From NCBI RefSeq assembly GCF_963921235.1, contig NC_086114.1:63922001-63986000 (forward strand): DNA of 64,000 bases. The letters run 5' to 3'. The first letter of the stretch is position 1. Each line of letters begins with the position of its first letter. Both the position numbers and the translations under genes were made by a program. This DNA is from Mobula hypostoma. Its lineage: Eukaryota. The notes beneath the pieces were generated by a model that had not been told where the DNA came from, made no database searches, and saw nothing but the letters and a program-made list of their open reading frames with translations. This document shows, piece by piece, positions 1 through 10,200 of this stretch.

Positions 1-545
1 CCTCACATGTCGGGTCCAGGACAGATTCCCTGAAATAGTAACACCCAGGATGTAAAGTTACTGACCCTCTCCATCTCTGATCCCCCAGTGAGTACAGGCT
101 GATGGGCGTCTGGTTTCCTTCTGCTGAAGTCTACAATCAGTTCCTTGGTCTTGCTGACACTGAGTGAGAAGTTGTTGTTAGGACACCACTCAGACAAATT
201 TTCAATCTCCCACCTGTATGATGATTCATCTCCACCTTTGTTTCAGCCCACAACAATGTTGTCGTCACCAAACTTGAATATGACTTTGGAGCAGTGCTTA
301 GCCACAGCCATAAGTGTAAAGTGAGAAAAGTTGGGGAGTAAGCACACAGCCCTGGGGTGCACCTGTACTGATGGCCTCCGAGAAGGAAGTGTTTTTGCCC
401 ATCCAAACTGACTGGGGTCTGCAAATAGGAAAATTGAGGATCCCATGGCACAAGGAGGTATTGAGGCCAAGGTCTTGGAGCTTGTTAATTAGTTTTGAGG
501 GGATGAAGGTATTAAATGCTGAGCTGTAACCGATAAAGAGCATTT
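1..545 (-). mobile_element. Rex1/Babar-type LINE reverse transcriptase fragment (frameshifted)
   Basis: Minus-strand ORF pieces [34 protein letters not shown] and SVSKTKELIVDF, split over several frames. Confidence 0.8.
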
Positions 546-1039
546 GGTCTACAGCACCAGTTTGAGGATCACCATTTCTGACACCATGTTCTGTTCAATA
601 CTGAGGGAGAGCCCAACCTGGGCAGCTTGATGGTATTGGTCCATGGCACAAGAACAGTTTGGGAACCCCTGCGCTAGAGAGAGTGTGGGATGGAGTTTTT
701 CAGCTCCGAGAAGAGCCCGACTAGGTTACAGTTGTTTTCCTTGTAGCAGAGGGGCTGAGGAGGGAGAGCTAACAGAGGTTTGTAAAATAAGAGAGAAGAA
801 GGGTGAGGATAGCAATAACAGGGGGCATAAGTTTAAGGTGAGAAGGAGTTTTAAGAGGGATCTGAAGGGGAAGTTTATTTTCCACGGAGTAAATGAAAGA
901 TAGTCACTGCGTTTCAGGGACAGTCAGACAGACATTTCAAAGCAGGTGTAGAGGGCTGGCACACACATGGAGGGCCGAAGGTCCGTTTCTGCCCCACATA
1001 ACCCCCAACAGGGACTGGAATGGTTTGAATTCCCGCTGG

Positions 1040-1150
1040 GAGAGTGCGCAGGCGCTGTCCTGGGCGACCTGGAAACCATGGAAACAGGAGACGTGGCGAT
1101 GACGTCGCGGGCTGGCGGCAGGCTGTGAGCCCGGTCCGGGAGCCGTTCTG
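1040..1150 (+). promoter_or_regulatory. GDPGP1 proximal promoter at the edge of a CpG island
   Basis: NRF1-like TGCGCAGGCGC at 1045-1055, X-box-like GAAACCATGGAAAC at 1072-1085, CRE-like TGACGTCG at 1100-1107; CpG-rich from about 1040 to 2400. Confidence 0.55.
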
Positions 1151-2266
1151 ATGGGAGAGCAAGAGCAGGAAAGACCGAGGCCTGAGCCGGAGCCGGAGCC
1201 GGAGCCCGACTTCGTCTACACGGAGCGAGACCTGTTGCGGAGCGGCATCCGCTGGGATGGAGCGCGGCCCGACTCCCGCTTCGACGAGGCGCTGCGCTTG
1301 GCCTGGGAGCGGAGGATGCGAGCCGGCTGCTTCCGTTACCGGCTGTGGGAGCCCGAGCTGCCGGTGCGGGAGCTGCCGGGGAGGTGCCGCCTGCTGGCGC
1401 AGCTCAACGTCCGGCGGGCCACCGAGCGCCGCAAGCCTCAGGAGATCCTCAGCGTGCGGCAGCCCTTCGACCCGCAGCGCTTCAACTTCAGCCGCGTCCC
1501 ACGCCGGGAGCTCCTCTTCCGCCTGCGCCCGAGCCGGAGCCCCGAGGCGGGCGGCGATGCCGAGGCCCTGTTGATAATCAACGTCAGCCCCCTGGCCTAC
1601 GGCCACGTCCTGCTGCTGCCCGAGCCCGAGCTGCCGCTGCCGCAGGCCCTGACTCGAGCCGCGGTGCTCCGGGCCCTCGAGCTGGTCTTCCTGAGCTCCG
1701 AGCCCGCCTTCCGGGTCGGCTTCAACAGCCTGGGCGCCTTCGCCTCCGTCAACCACCTGCACCTGCACGGCTTCTACCTGCCGCACCGGCTGCAGGTGGA
1801 GTCCGTGCCCACCGAGCCGCTGGGCGAGGCCGGCGTCGGGGCCCGGCTCCACCGGCTCTGCGGCCACTACACCCGGGGCCTGGCGCTCTACTCGGACGGC
1901 CGAGCCCGCGACCGCGCCGAGGTGGCCGACACGCTGCTGGCCGTCAGCGACCTGCTGCTGCGCCGCTCGCTCGCCCACAACCTGCTGGTGAGCCGCGGCT
2001 GCCCGCTGGGGCCGGGGCCGGGGCCCGAGAGCCGGGACGGCGTGCGGCTCATCGTGTGGCCGCGCACTCCCTGCTTCGGTGCCAAGGACGAGTCGGCCTT
2101 CAACGTGGCCGTCTGCGAGCTGGCCGGCTTCCTGCCCGTCAAGACGGCCCGGCACTTCGAGAGCCTGACCGAGGAGTCGGTGCTGCGGGCCATCGGCGAG
2201 GAGCAGCTGCCCGCCGAGCACTTCTCACGGCTGTGCGCCGAGATAGCGGCGCTGCCGCTGCCCTGA
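1151..2266 (+). CDS. GDPGP1: GDP-D-glucose phosphorylase 1 (VTC2-like HIT-family), single coding exon, 371 aa
   Basis: AQLNVRRATERRKPQ, QPFDPQRFNF, INVSPLAYGHVLL, RVGFNSLGAFASVNHLHLHG (HIT motif HxHxH), FNVAVCELAG; close to CIB1 as in human 15q26.1. Confidence 0.95.
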   Translation: MGEQEQERPRPEPEPEPEPDFVYTERDLLRSGIRWDGARPDSRFDEALRLAWERRMRAGCFRYRLWEPELPVRELPGRCRLLAQLNVRRATERRKPQEILSVRQPFDPQRFNFSRVPRRELLFRLRPSRSPEAGGDAEALLIINVSPLAYGHVLLLPEPELPLPQALTRAAVLRALELVFLSSEPAFRVGFNSLGAFASVNHLHLHGFYLPHRLQVESVPTEPLGEAGVGARLHRLCGHYTRGLALYSDGRARDRAEVADTLLAVSDLLLRRSLAHNLLVSRGCPLGPGPGPESRDGVRLIVWPRTPCFGAKDESAFNVAVCELAGFLPVKTARHFESLTEESVLRAIGEEQLPAEHFSRLCAEIAALPLP

Positions 2267-2414
2267 ACCCACAGTGCACCCAGTGCGTCTGCTTCCCGTA
2301 TTCCTGTCACCCCTCACCCCTCCCGGTACCCCCGGCCACGGCCCCTCTGCCTCCCAGCAAAAGGGGAACAGAACGAGGCCACTCGGCCCGTCTAATCCTG
2401 TCCTACGCCACGGT

Positions 2415-2680
2415 ACGGCATGGGGCGGTTAGCGTGGCGTTATTACACTTCGGGACTTTGGAGTTCAGTCCTGGCGTCCTCTGTAAGGCGTTTATATGTC
2501 TTGTTCTATCCGTGTGCATGTGGGTTTCCTCTGCGGGCCCTGGTTTCTTCCCACAGTTCAAAGTCGTAGTTTAATTGGTCATTGTAAATTGTCCCGTGAT
2601 TAGGCTAGGGTTAAATCGGTGGGTTGATGCACTGCTTGAAAGGCTAGAAGTGCCCAATCCATGCTGTATCTCTAAAGTCA
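2415..2680 (+). mobile_element. tRNA-derived SINE (HE1/V-SINE-like), decayed
   Basis: tRNA-like head (GGCGGTTAGCGTGGCG...GGAGTTCAGTCC) followed by TGGGTTTCCTC..GGTTTCTTCCCACAGTTCAAAG..TTAATTGGTCATTGTAAATTGTCCC core. Confidence 0.65.
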
Positions 2681-2789
2681 CCGATGAATCTATCCACTTT
2701 CCTATCACCACCCCCACATTCCTCAGGAAAAACTCTTCCCCTGCTAGTCTCACCTACCCCAGACAGTCAGAGTGGTGCTTGTGACTTGC

Positions 2790-2975
2790 AAGGTTGCTGG
2801 AGAAATTCAGCAGATCAGGTAGTATCTATGGAGGGAAATGGGTAGTCAATGTTTCAGGTCGAGACCCTTTGTCTGGACTCTCTTGTTCATTTCCTTCCAC
2901 AGATGCTGACTGACCAACTGAGTTCCTCCTGCTCTTTGCTCCATATTTCCACTATCAGCCATCTCCTGTGTTTCC
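2790..2975. mobile_element. Penelope-derived fold-back element with a degenerate hammerhead in the loop
   Basis: Arms about 2795-2845 and 2883-2932 are imperfect reverse complements; the minus-strand centre reads AGTC-CAGACAAA-GGGT-CTCG-ACCT-GAAAC-ATT-GACT. Confidence 0.6.
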
Positions 2976-4458
2976 AGGGTGGTTGGCATGCCTGCTCTCC
3001 CGCTGCTGGAATAGAACGTAGAACAGTGCATGTTGTGCTGACGTTTTAACCCCCTGCACAATTAACTTAACCCTTCCCTCCCATGGTCCTCCATTTTGCT
3101 TTCATCCATGTGCCTACCTAACAGTTCCTTAAATTTCCCTAATATATTACCCCCACCCCCACCTCATCATTCCACACGCCTCCCACTTTATGCGTGTTTT
3201 AAAAAGAAAACTTTGACCTTTCCTCCTCTCACAAAAGGATGTGCTCTGGTATTGGCTACTGCTTCCTTGGGAGAAAAGCACTGGCTGCCCCTCTACCTCC
3301 TGTCCACTGCCGATCTTGGAATGAAGCTGCCTGGACCTGGGTCACTGCTGACAATCGGGAATTTCCCGATGAAAATATTTCACTGGCTGTAAATTGGAAA
3401 TAATATCAACATCGGGACAGCTGAAGCTCAGTAGAGAGACAGGAAACATTACCTCCAGGGACAAACACACAGGCTGGACCATCCTGTGTGGAGATGTGTA
3501 AATAAGTTATTTATATCAATCAACCTTTGAGCTTGAACTCGGGGCCTTAACGTGGCTCTGGGTGCCTCAGTTTGAACTGCTCTAGGAACTAAGAGTTGGT
3601 GAGCTGATGCTGGAATTGACGGGAGCACCCTGAGGTTCCAGTCCAGCAGGTTACCTTTGGGCCTCTGTGGAGCAGGCTGGCTCAGTGTCGGACCAGAAAC
3701 CTCCGGCCGCCTGCGTTTTCCGAGATCTCGTGAGTTTGACATTGCGTTGATGTTGAGGCTACCCACGGAAATACTTGAATGATATGGTAACATGGAAGCA
3801 ACTCTGTTGGAGGAAATTCACCTCCTGTTGGCTGCTGCATGCCTTTGTTTGCAAATAGACAACCTAGAAATACTCAACGGGTCAGGCTGCTTCTGTGGTA
3901 AGAGAAACCGGCTGTGCTTCCGGTGGGAAGGCTTTTTTTTTGTTGCAAGGATGAAGTCTGAGCTGAGCATTTTTGGAATTTTCTGATTTTTGTTTTAGAC
4001 TTTGGACACCTTCAGTTTTTTTACACCCAATTGTTCAAAGCTGGTATATCAGCTAGGGAACCAGGTACCTACAAATGAAGACTGTTTCTAACAATCTGTA
4101 TGAGGACTGTGTTTGACAATTTAAGAGCTGCGGATGCTGGAAACCTGAAAGAAATATGGACAATGCTGCGGGTATTCAGCAAGTCAGGCAGCATCTGCAG
4201 AGAGTCACTTAGCGTTTCATGTCAATGACACCGCCAGATTAATACAATAATACATACAACAGAGCCCTTTGGCCCACAGTGTTTGTGCTGACCTCGATGC
4301 CAATTTAAACTCCACATATCATCTATCATTTACGTGTCTGTATGTGAATTCACGTGCCTTTTAAGTGTTTCTGTTTTAACCTCTTCCACCACCTCCCCTG
4401 ACCTGACAGTGTACCTACCCTTCTCTGTGTAAAATAAATTTCCCTCATACATCTGTGT

Positions 4459-4757
4459 CAAACACTCCCCCTCACCGTAAAGCTATGCTCGTTAGTATTT
4501 ACCATTCCTACTTTGGGAACAAGACCTTAAGACATGGGAGCAGAATTAGGCCATTCAAACACTCTTCCTCTCACCGTGAAGTTACCTTCTCTAGTACTTA
4601 CTGTTCCTGCTTTGGGAATAAGACCGTAAGGCTTAGGAGCAGAATTAGGCCATTCAAACACTCTTCCTCTCACCGTGAAGTTACATTCTCTAGTACTTAC
4701 TGTTCCTGCTTTGGGAATAAGACCATAAGGCTTAGGAGCAGAATTAGGCCATTCAAT
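4459..4757. repeat. Tandem triplication, 99-bp unit, spanning a junction of two CR1 fragments
   Basis: CAGAATTAGG recurs at 4541, 4640 and 4739; gives a 33-aa repeat in ORF 4455..4859. Confidence 0.85.
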
Positions 4758-5480
4758 CCACTGAGTCGCTTTCATCATGGCCGTTTTATTTTTTCCCCTC
4801 AAAATCTCATTCTCCTTGTAACCTTTGATGTCTTCAGTACTTATAAACCTCTGCTTTAAATATACCCAATAACTTGACCTTCATGGATCTCCATCTGCAG
4901 AATCACCACCCCATTGCTAAAAAAATGTATCATCGTCTCTGTTCTAAAGGACATCCCTTTATTCTGATGCTGTGCCCTCTGGTCCTAGACTCCCCACTAT
5001 TGTAAACATCCTGTCCGTGCTCATTCTATCCAAGCTTTTCGATATTGGATGGGTTTCAATGAGATTCTCTTTCCCTGGCCCCCACAGTGAGTACAGGCCT
5101 AGAGCCATCAAACGATTGTTGTATGTTAACCATTTTATTCCCAGTATTGTCTTCAAAAACCACCTCTGAACCCTCTCTAACACCATCACGTCCTTCCTTG
5201 GATTTGGGGCCCAAAACATCTCTCAATACTCCAAATATGGAGGTTCTGACTATCTACCCTATCTATGTTTCTCATTATTTTATCCACTTCTGTCAGTTCA
5301 CCATAGCTTCTGGTGTTCCAGAGTAAACAAAGTTTGTCCAACCTTTGCAGCTAATACTCCCTAATCCAGCCGACACCTCTTCCAGAGCCTCCACGTCCTT
5401 CCTGTAATGTGCTGTACACAATATACTTGAATTTCTAAATGAACAGAACTTGACATCTTTCCTGCAGGTAGGTGACCAGA
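4525..5480 (-). mobile_element. CR1 LINE 3' fragments
   Basis: FWAPNPRKDVMVLERVQR..LGLYSL motif and CR1 3' UTR. Confidence 0.75.
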
Positions 5481-5654
5481 ACTTAACATTTGAAAAGCTG
5501 AACTGTTATGCAATTCAGTAAATGACTGGTTTGTTTCTTGTGATGGTTGTCTGAAGCCAGGACCGTGGGGAACTTTGCATGATCTTCCTGCCTGGGGACA
5601 GTGGCTACCTCACATTCTCTACTGTTGCATGAGCCCTGACTTTCCCAGTACACG

Positions 5655-5812
5655 TTCCAGCCAATTCAGTACTTTGGAAGTATAGTCACTGGGGGCCATG
5701 CATTACAACTAAGTCCCATCAGTAATGTGTATTAAAGGAAATAAATATTGGCAGTATTTACATTCACAAGGGAAAGATGTGGCCTTGGTATACTGTAATG
5801 TCATTCCAAGAT
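5655..5812 (-). mobile_element. Decayed DeuSINE (SacSINE1/AmnSINE1-like) relic
   Basis: Blocks CAGCCAATTCAGTACTTTGGAAGTATAGTCACTG, GGAAATAAATATTGGC and TTTACATTCAC..GATGTGGCCTTGGT resemble the reverse complement of the Deu domain as recalled. Confidence 0.45.
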
Positions 5813-6124
5813 AAAAACTTACCGAGTCAACAAAACAAGTTCAAATTATATTTATTATCAAAAGTATATTAATCATTGTCACCATAAAACCCTGAGATTC
5901 ATTTTCTTGCAGGTATTTGCAGTAGAATAAAGTACAATAGAATCAATGAAAACTACGCATAAGCAAAGACTGACAAATAACCACTGTGCAAAAGCAGAAA
6001 ACAATGATAAATAAATAAAATTGAGAACATGAGTTGTAGTCATTGAAAGTGAGTTCTTGTGTTGTGGAATCCGTTCAGAATTGAGGTGAGTGAAGTTTTA
6101 AAGATTTTTATTTTTACTGAAATA

Positions 6125-6346
6125 GTTTTATATATCGAGACATGAGGTTTGGAGCCACACTGCCCAACAGTCCCCTAATCTAACACTACCCTGGTCATCA
6201 GGTAATTTCCAGTGATCAATTAACTGATATGTCTTTATGTGGGAGGAAACCCACAGGGTAGACGTACAAACTGCTTACAGGCAGCGGCAGGAATTGAACC
6301 TGGGTCACTTGTACTGAAAAGCATTGTGTTAACAACTACACTACCA
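6125..6346 (-). mobile_element. tRNA-derived SINE (HE1/V-SINE-like)
   Basis: Minus-strand head TGGTAGTGTAGTTGTTAACAC...CCAGGTTCAATTCCTGCC (A/B boxes), then TGGGTTTCCTCCCAC core. Confidence 0.65.
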
Positions 6347-6622
6347 AAGATTACCATCAGGGAGAAGGTATGAGAGAGTGAAGGCACACACTCTGTGTTT
6401 TAGGAACAACTAAATTTTTCCGTGGCCATGAACACGACGTCACTATTTCGCTCTCTTTTTGAATTAGTTTTCAAAAAATATATTTTTACTGTATGTATTT
6501 CACTGTACTGTCAAGCAAAACAGCAAGTGTCATGTCAGTGATAAAGCTAATTCTGAGGTTTACCAGGTGTTGCCTGAATTAAAGGGTAAGAGCTGTAATG
6601 AGAAGATGAACAAACCATATAG

Positions 6623-6700
6623 CAGGGTTCACAACCTGGGGTTCATGGACCCCTCGGTTAATTGTAGGGGTTCATGGCATAAAACAGTTTGGGAACCCCT
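6623..6700. mobile_element. Short hAT-type MITE (about 80 bp); related copies at about 605-671 and 61020-61099
   Basis: Termini CAGGGTTCACAAC...TTTGGGAACCCCTG. Confidence 0.6.
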
Positions 6701-7146
6701 GCCTCTGGGCACTGGGGCTGACAGACCTGCTAGAGATAATTCAAATAACGAGAGGTATAGATACGGTAGGCAGACAGAATCTTTTCCCCAGGGTACACAT
6801 GTCAAAAACAAGTTAGGGAAGGGAAATTTAAAGGCGACGTGAGGGGCAAGGTTTTTTTGTGCAGGATGGATTACTGAGGTAGCGAGCAGCAGAAGCAGAC
6901 AGTTTGGTGAAATTTAAGTCACAAGAATGTGAAGACTGGGGGAGTGTGGATGATGTATAGGAGGACACTGTATAAATTGGCACAGCCTCGTGGACCAAAT
7001 GGCTGGCCTATTCTATGACAATTTTCACCGCTGGGGTGTATATATTTCGTCAACATGTTATGTAAAGGCTTAGATTTCTGCAGCGCCTTTCACGGTGAAA
7101 TGAGGCCCCAACGCACTGTACATTTTAAATGTAATGCCATCTCCCG

Positions 7147-7162
7147 ACAGCCGGTGGCGCTG
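7147..7162 (+). promoter_or_regulatory. Candidate CTCF site
   Basis: ACAGCCGGTGGCGCTG resembles the CTCF core with one central mismatch; lies in non-repetitive sequence between GDPGP1 and CIB1. Confidence 0.35.
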
Positions 7163-7973
7163 TTTCTCTGTACCGTGTTCTCGTTAGAAAATCTACCTGG
7201 AACTTGTCAAGTCAATTTTTTTTGGTTCTCCACAACTGGGCCAAAATGCACCATATTTCGTAATGCCTAATGCCTTCCCACGGGGGCAGGATGAGGGTTG
7301 GCAGTTTAGGGAATAGCCGCACACGTTAAACCTCTTTGGTCCCTGCGTATTTAATATCAACTCATCAAAAAGGCTGGATCCGTCCTTGGATACCAGCCGG
7401 ACTCTTCTGAGTTAGTGGTGGAGAGGAGGTCACTAAACAAACTTATCTGTTATGGACAATCTGGCACATCCTCTCCATGACCGACTGAATAAGCAGTGGA
7501 GCACCTTTCAAACAGGCTCATTCAGCTCTGCTGTCACAGGGATCGTTACAGAAAATCCTTCCTACCAAATGCAAGAACATACATCACAGTGCAATAGTCT
7601 CTGTTTTATTACTTCATACATTATAATTGCACATTGGTAAATTATAGTGTATATTATTATTCTGTAATGTATTATTAAGTCTGCACACTGTTAAATGTGT
7701 TTTTAAATGTTGCTGCTGTAATGAAGGAATTTCTCACTCGGGTCAATAAAGTGCTTATTATATTAAGGAAGAACGGGGACTTGGTGTACAAAGCCAGTCC
7801 AAGGATCCCTGAGGGTAGATGAAATATTTACCTTCATTAGCCTGGGATAGACTGCTACAGCAGGGAAGTTATAGTACAACTTTCTCAAACATCAGACCAC
7901 AGTCGGAGCATTGTGTGCAGTTCTGGTCACCACACTATCGGAAGGATGTGGTTGCGCGGGACAGGGAACACTC

Positions 7974-8878
7974 GGGTCGAGTATGATGTTCTAAGGGGTC
8001 GTCTATTGCTGGGTCCTCTCGTGGCTGTCCAGCCCGGTCGGGACCGACAGAACCGGGATGCGAGGATGCATTCATTCCCTTAATGGAGAAGGGCTCTGCG
8101 TGGTCGCGGACAGACCAGGGTCAGGGACAGGGGCATGGAATGCAAGTTGACCGAGGACGGTTTCCTGTGTCAACATCTTCCGCCAGCTCCACCGTTGAAT
8201 CGTTGAACCTCCCCTTTGACTCTGTCTCCGTGGGTGACCCCATCCCCCGGGTGACCTTATCTCCCCGAGTGACCCTGTCTCCCCGGGTGACCCTATCTCC
8301 CTGAGCGACCCTATCTCCTCCGGGTGACCCTATCTCCCTGAGTGACCCTATCTGCTCCGGGTGACTCCAGACCCCCGGGTGACCCTAACTCCCAGGGTGA
8401 CTCTCTCTCCCCGGGTGACCCCATTCCCCCTGGTGACTCTATCTCCCCCGGGTGACTCTCTCTCCCCGGGTGACCCTATCTCCCTGGGTGACCCTATCTC
8501 CCTGGGTGACTCTCTCTCCCTGGGTGACCCTATCTCCCTGGTGACTCTCTCTCCCCGGGTGACTCTATCTCCCTGGGTGACCCTATCTCCCTGGGTGACT
8601 CTCTCTCTCCCTGGGTGACCCTATCTCCCTGGGTGACTCTCTCTCCCTGGGTGACTCTATCTCTCCCGGGTGACTCTCTCTCCCCGGGTGACCCTATCTC
8701 CCTGGGTGACTCTCTCTCCCCGGGTGACCCTATCTCCCTGGGTGACTCTCTCGCCCCGGGTGACCCTGTCTCCCTGAGTGACTCTATCTCCCCGGGTGAA
8801 TCTGTCTCCCTGGGTGATTCTACCAGGAGCTAGGCGCCAGATCTCTGGAACTCACAAACCTCTTCACCAGACAAGGTG
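7974..8878 (-). mobile_element. Non-autonomous bipartite RTE-type element containing an expanded minisatellite
   Basis: Minus strand begins CACCTTGTCTGGTGAAGAGGTTTGTGAGTTCC (RTE/Expander-like 5' end); collinear with 34935-35340 (+). Confidence 0.65.
8232..8820. repeat. Minisatellite, about 18-bp unit GGGTGACCCTATCTCCCT / GGGTGACTCTCTCTCCCC, about 30 copies
   Basis: Direct reading; gives spurious (VTLSPR/W)n ORFs. Confidence 0.95.
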
Positions 8879-9378
8879 CCGATCCTCGGGTAGGGCCGGA
8901 ATGTAGTGAGGAGGGGAACGTGTCCGCTGCCCGGAGGGAACAGAGAGCTGGGATTCCTTTTCCCTGGAGCACAGGAGGAACAATTATAAAAACAAGTGTA
9001 GATAGTGGAAATCTGAAACAAACATCAAACAGAATTCAGTGCGATATGGAAAGTTAATATTTTGGGTTGGCGAACCTTCCTCTCTGGGAGAATCTGATTG
9101 AAATGATAAAGAATTGTGAGGTACAGTATGTAGATCGAGAAAGTGGTCAGAACGTTTCTCCGTTGAGAGCTGCCTAAAATTAGAAAGTATATTAGGAGGT
9201 CGCTTCGTCGAGCCACCTCGCTCCATCCGCCACAAAAAGTGGGACTTCCCGGTGGCTACCCATTTTTTATTCTACTTCGCATTCTTATTCCCATTCCGAC
9301 ATGTCGGTCCATGGCGTCCTCTACTGTCACGATGAGGCCACACGCAGGTTGGAGGAGCAACATCTTATAATCTCCCAA

Positions 9379-9415
9379 CATCCTGACGAAGGGTCTCGGC
9401 CTGAAACGTCGACTG
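9379..9415 (+). ncRNA. Minimal type I hammerhead ribozyme motif (Penelope type)
   Basis: CATC-CTGACGA-A-GGGT-CTCG-GCCT-GAAAC-GTC-GACTG: intact CUGANGA and GAAA boxes, 4-bp stem II, GUC cleavage triplet ending at 9410, bulged stem I. Confidence 0.7.
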
Positions 9416-9544
9416 CGCCTCTTCCTATAGATGCTGCTTGGCCTGCTGCGTTCACCAGCAACTTTGATATATCTTATAATCTGCCTGGGCAGACTCCAGC
9501 CTGAACTCCGATTTCTCAAACTTCCGGTAGTTGCTCCCCATCGC

Positions 9545-10200
9545 CCACCCTTCCCCCTTCCCCCTTCCCCATTCACCCTTCACCCTTCACCCTTCCCCCT
9601 TCCCCTTCACCCTTCCCCCTTCCCCCTTCCCCCTTCACCCTTCCCCCTTCACCCTTCCCCATTCACCCTTCCCCCTTCCCCCTTCCCCATTCACCCTTCA
9701 CCCTTCCCCCTTCCCCTTCACCCTTCCCCCTTCCCCCTTCCCCCTTCCCCTTCACACTTCCCCTTCACCCTTCCCCATTCACCCTTCCCCCTTCCCCATT
9801 CACCCTTCACCCTTCCCCCTCACCCTTCCCCCTTCACCCTTCCCCCTTCCCCCTTCACCCTTCCCCATTCACCATTCCCCTTCCCCTTCACCCTTCCCCC
9901 TTCACCCTTCCCCCTTCCCCCTTCCCCATTCACCCCTCACCCTTCCCCCTTCACCATTCCCCTTCACCCTTCCCCTTCACCCTTCCCCCTTCCCCCTTCA
10001 CCCTTCCCCATTCACCTTTCCCCTTCCCCTTCACCCTTCCCCCTTCACCCTTCCCCCTTCCCCATTCACCCCTCACCCTTCCCCCTTCACCATTCCCCTT
10101 CACCCTTCCCCTTCACCCTTCCCCCTTCACCCTTCCCCCTTCCCCCTTCACCCTTCCCCCTTCCCCTTCACCATTCCCCCTTCCCCCTTCACCATTCCCC
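9545..10200. repeat. About 650-bp nearly pure polypyrimidine repeat (CCCTT/CCCCTT/CACCCTT)n
   Basis: Direct reading; almost no G on the + strand. Confidence 0.95.

Noticed and set aside
914-2574. Long overlapping ORFs (914..2221 -, 1345..2574 +, 1888..2310 -)
   Set aside because: Shadow frames of the extremely GC3-rich GDPGP1 CDS; low complexity, no motifs
8083-8833. (VTLSP)n / (PGDPISL)n ORFs resembling CTD-like repeat proteins
   Set aside because: Translation of a minisatellite with frame-breaking unit lengths
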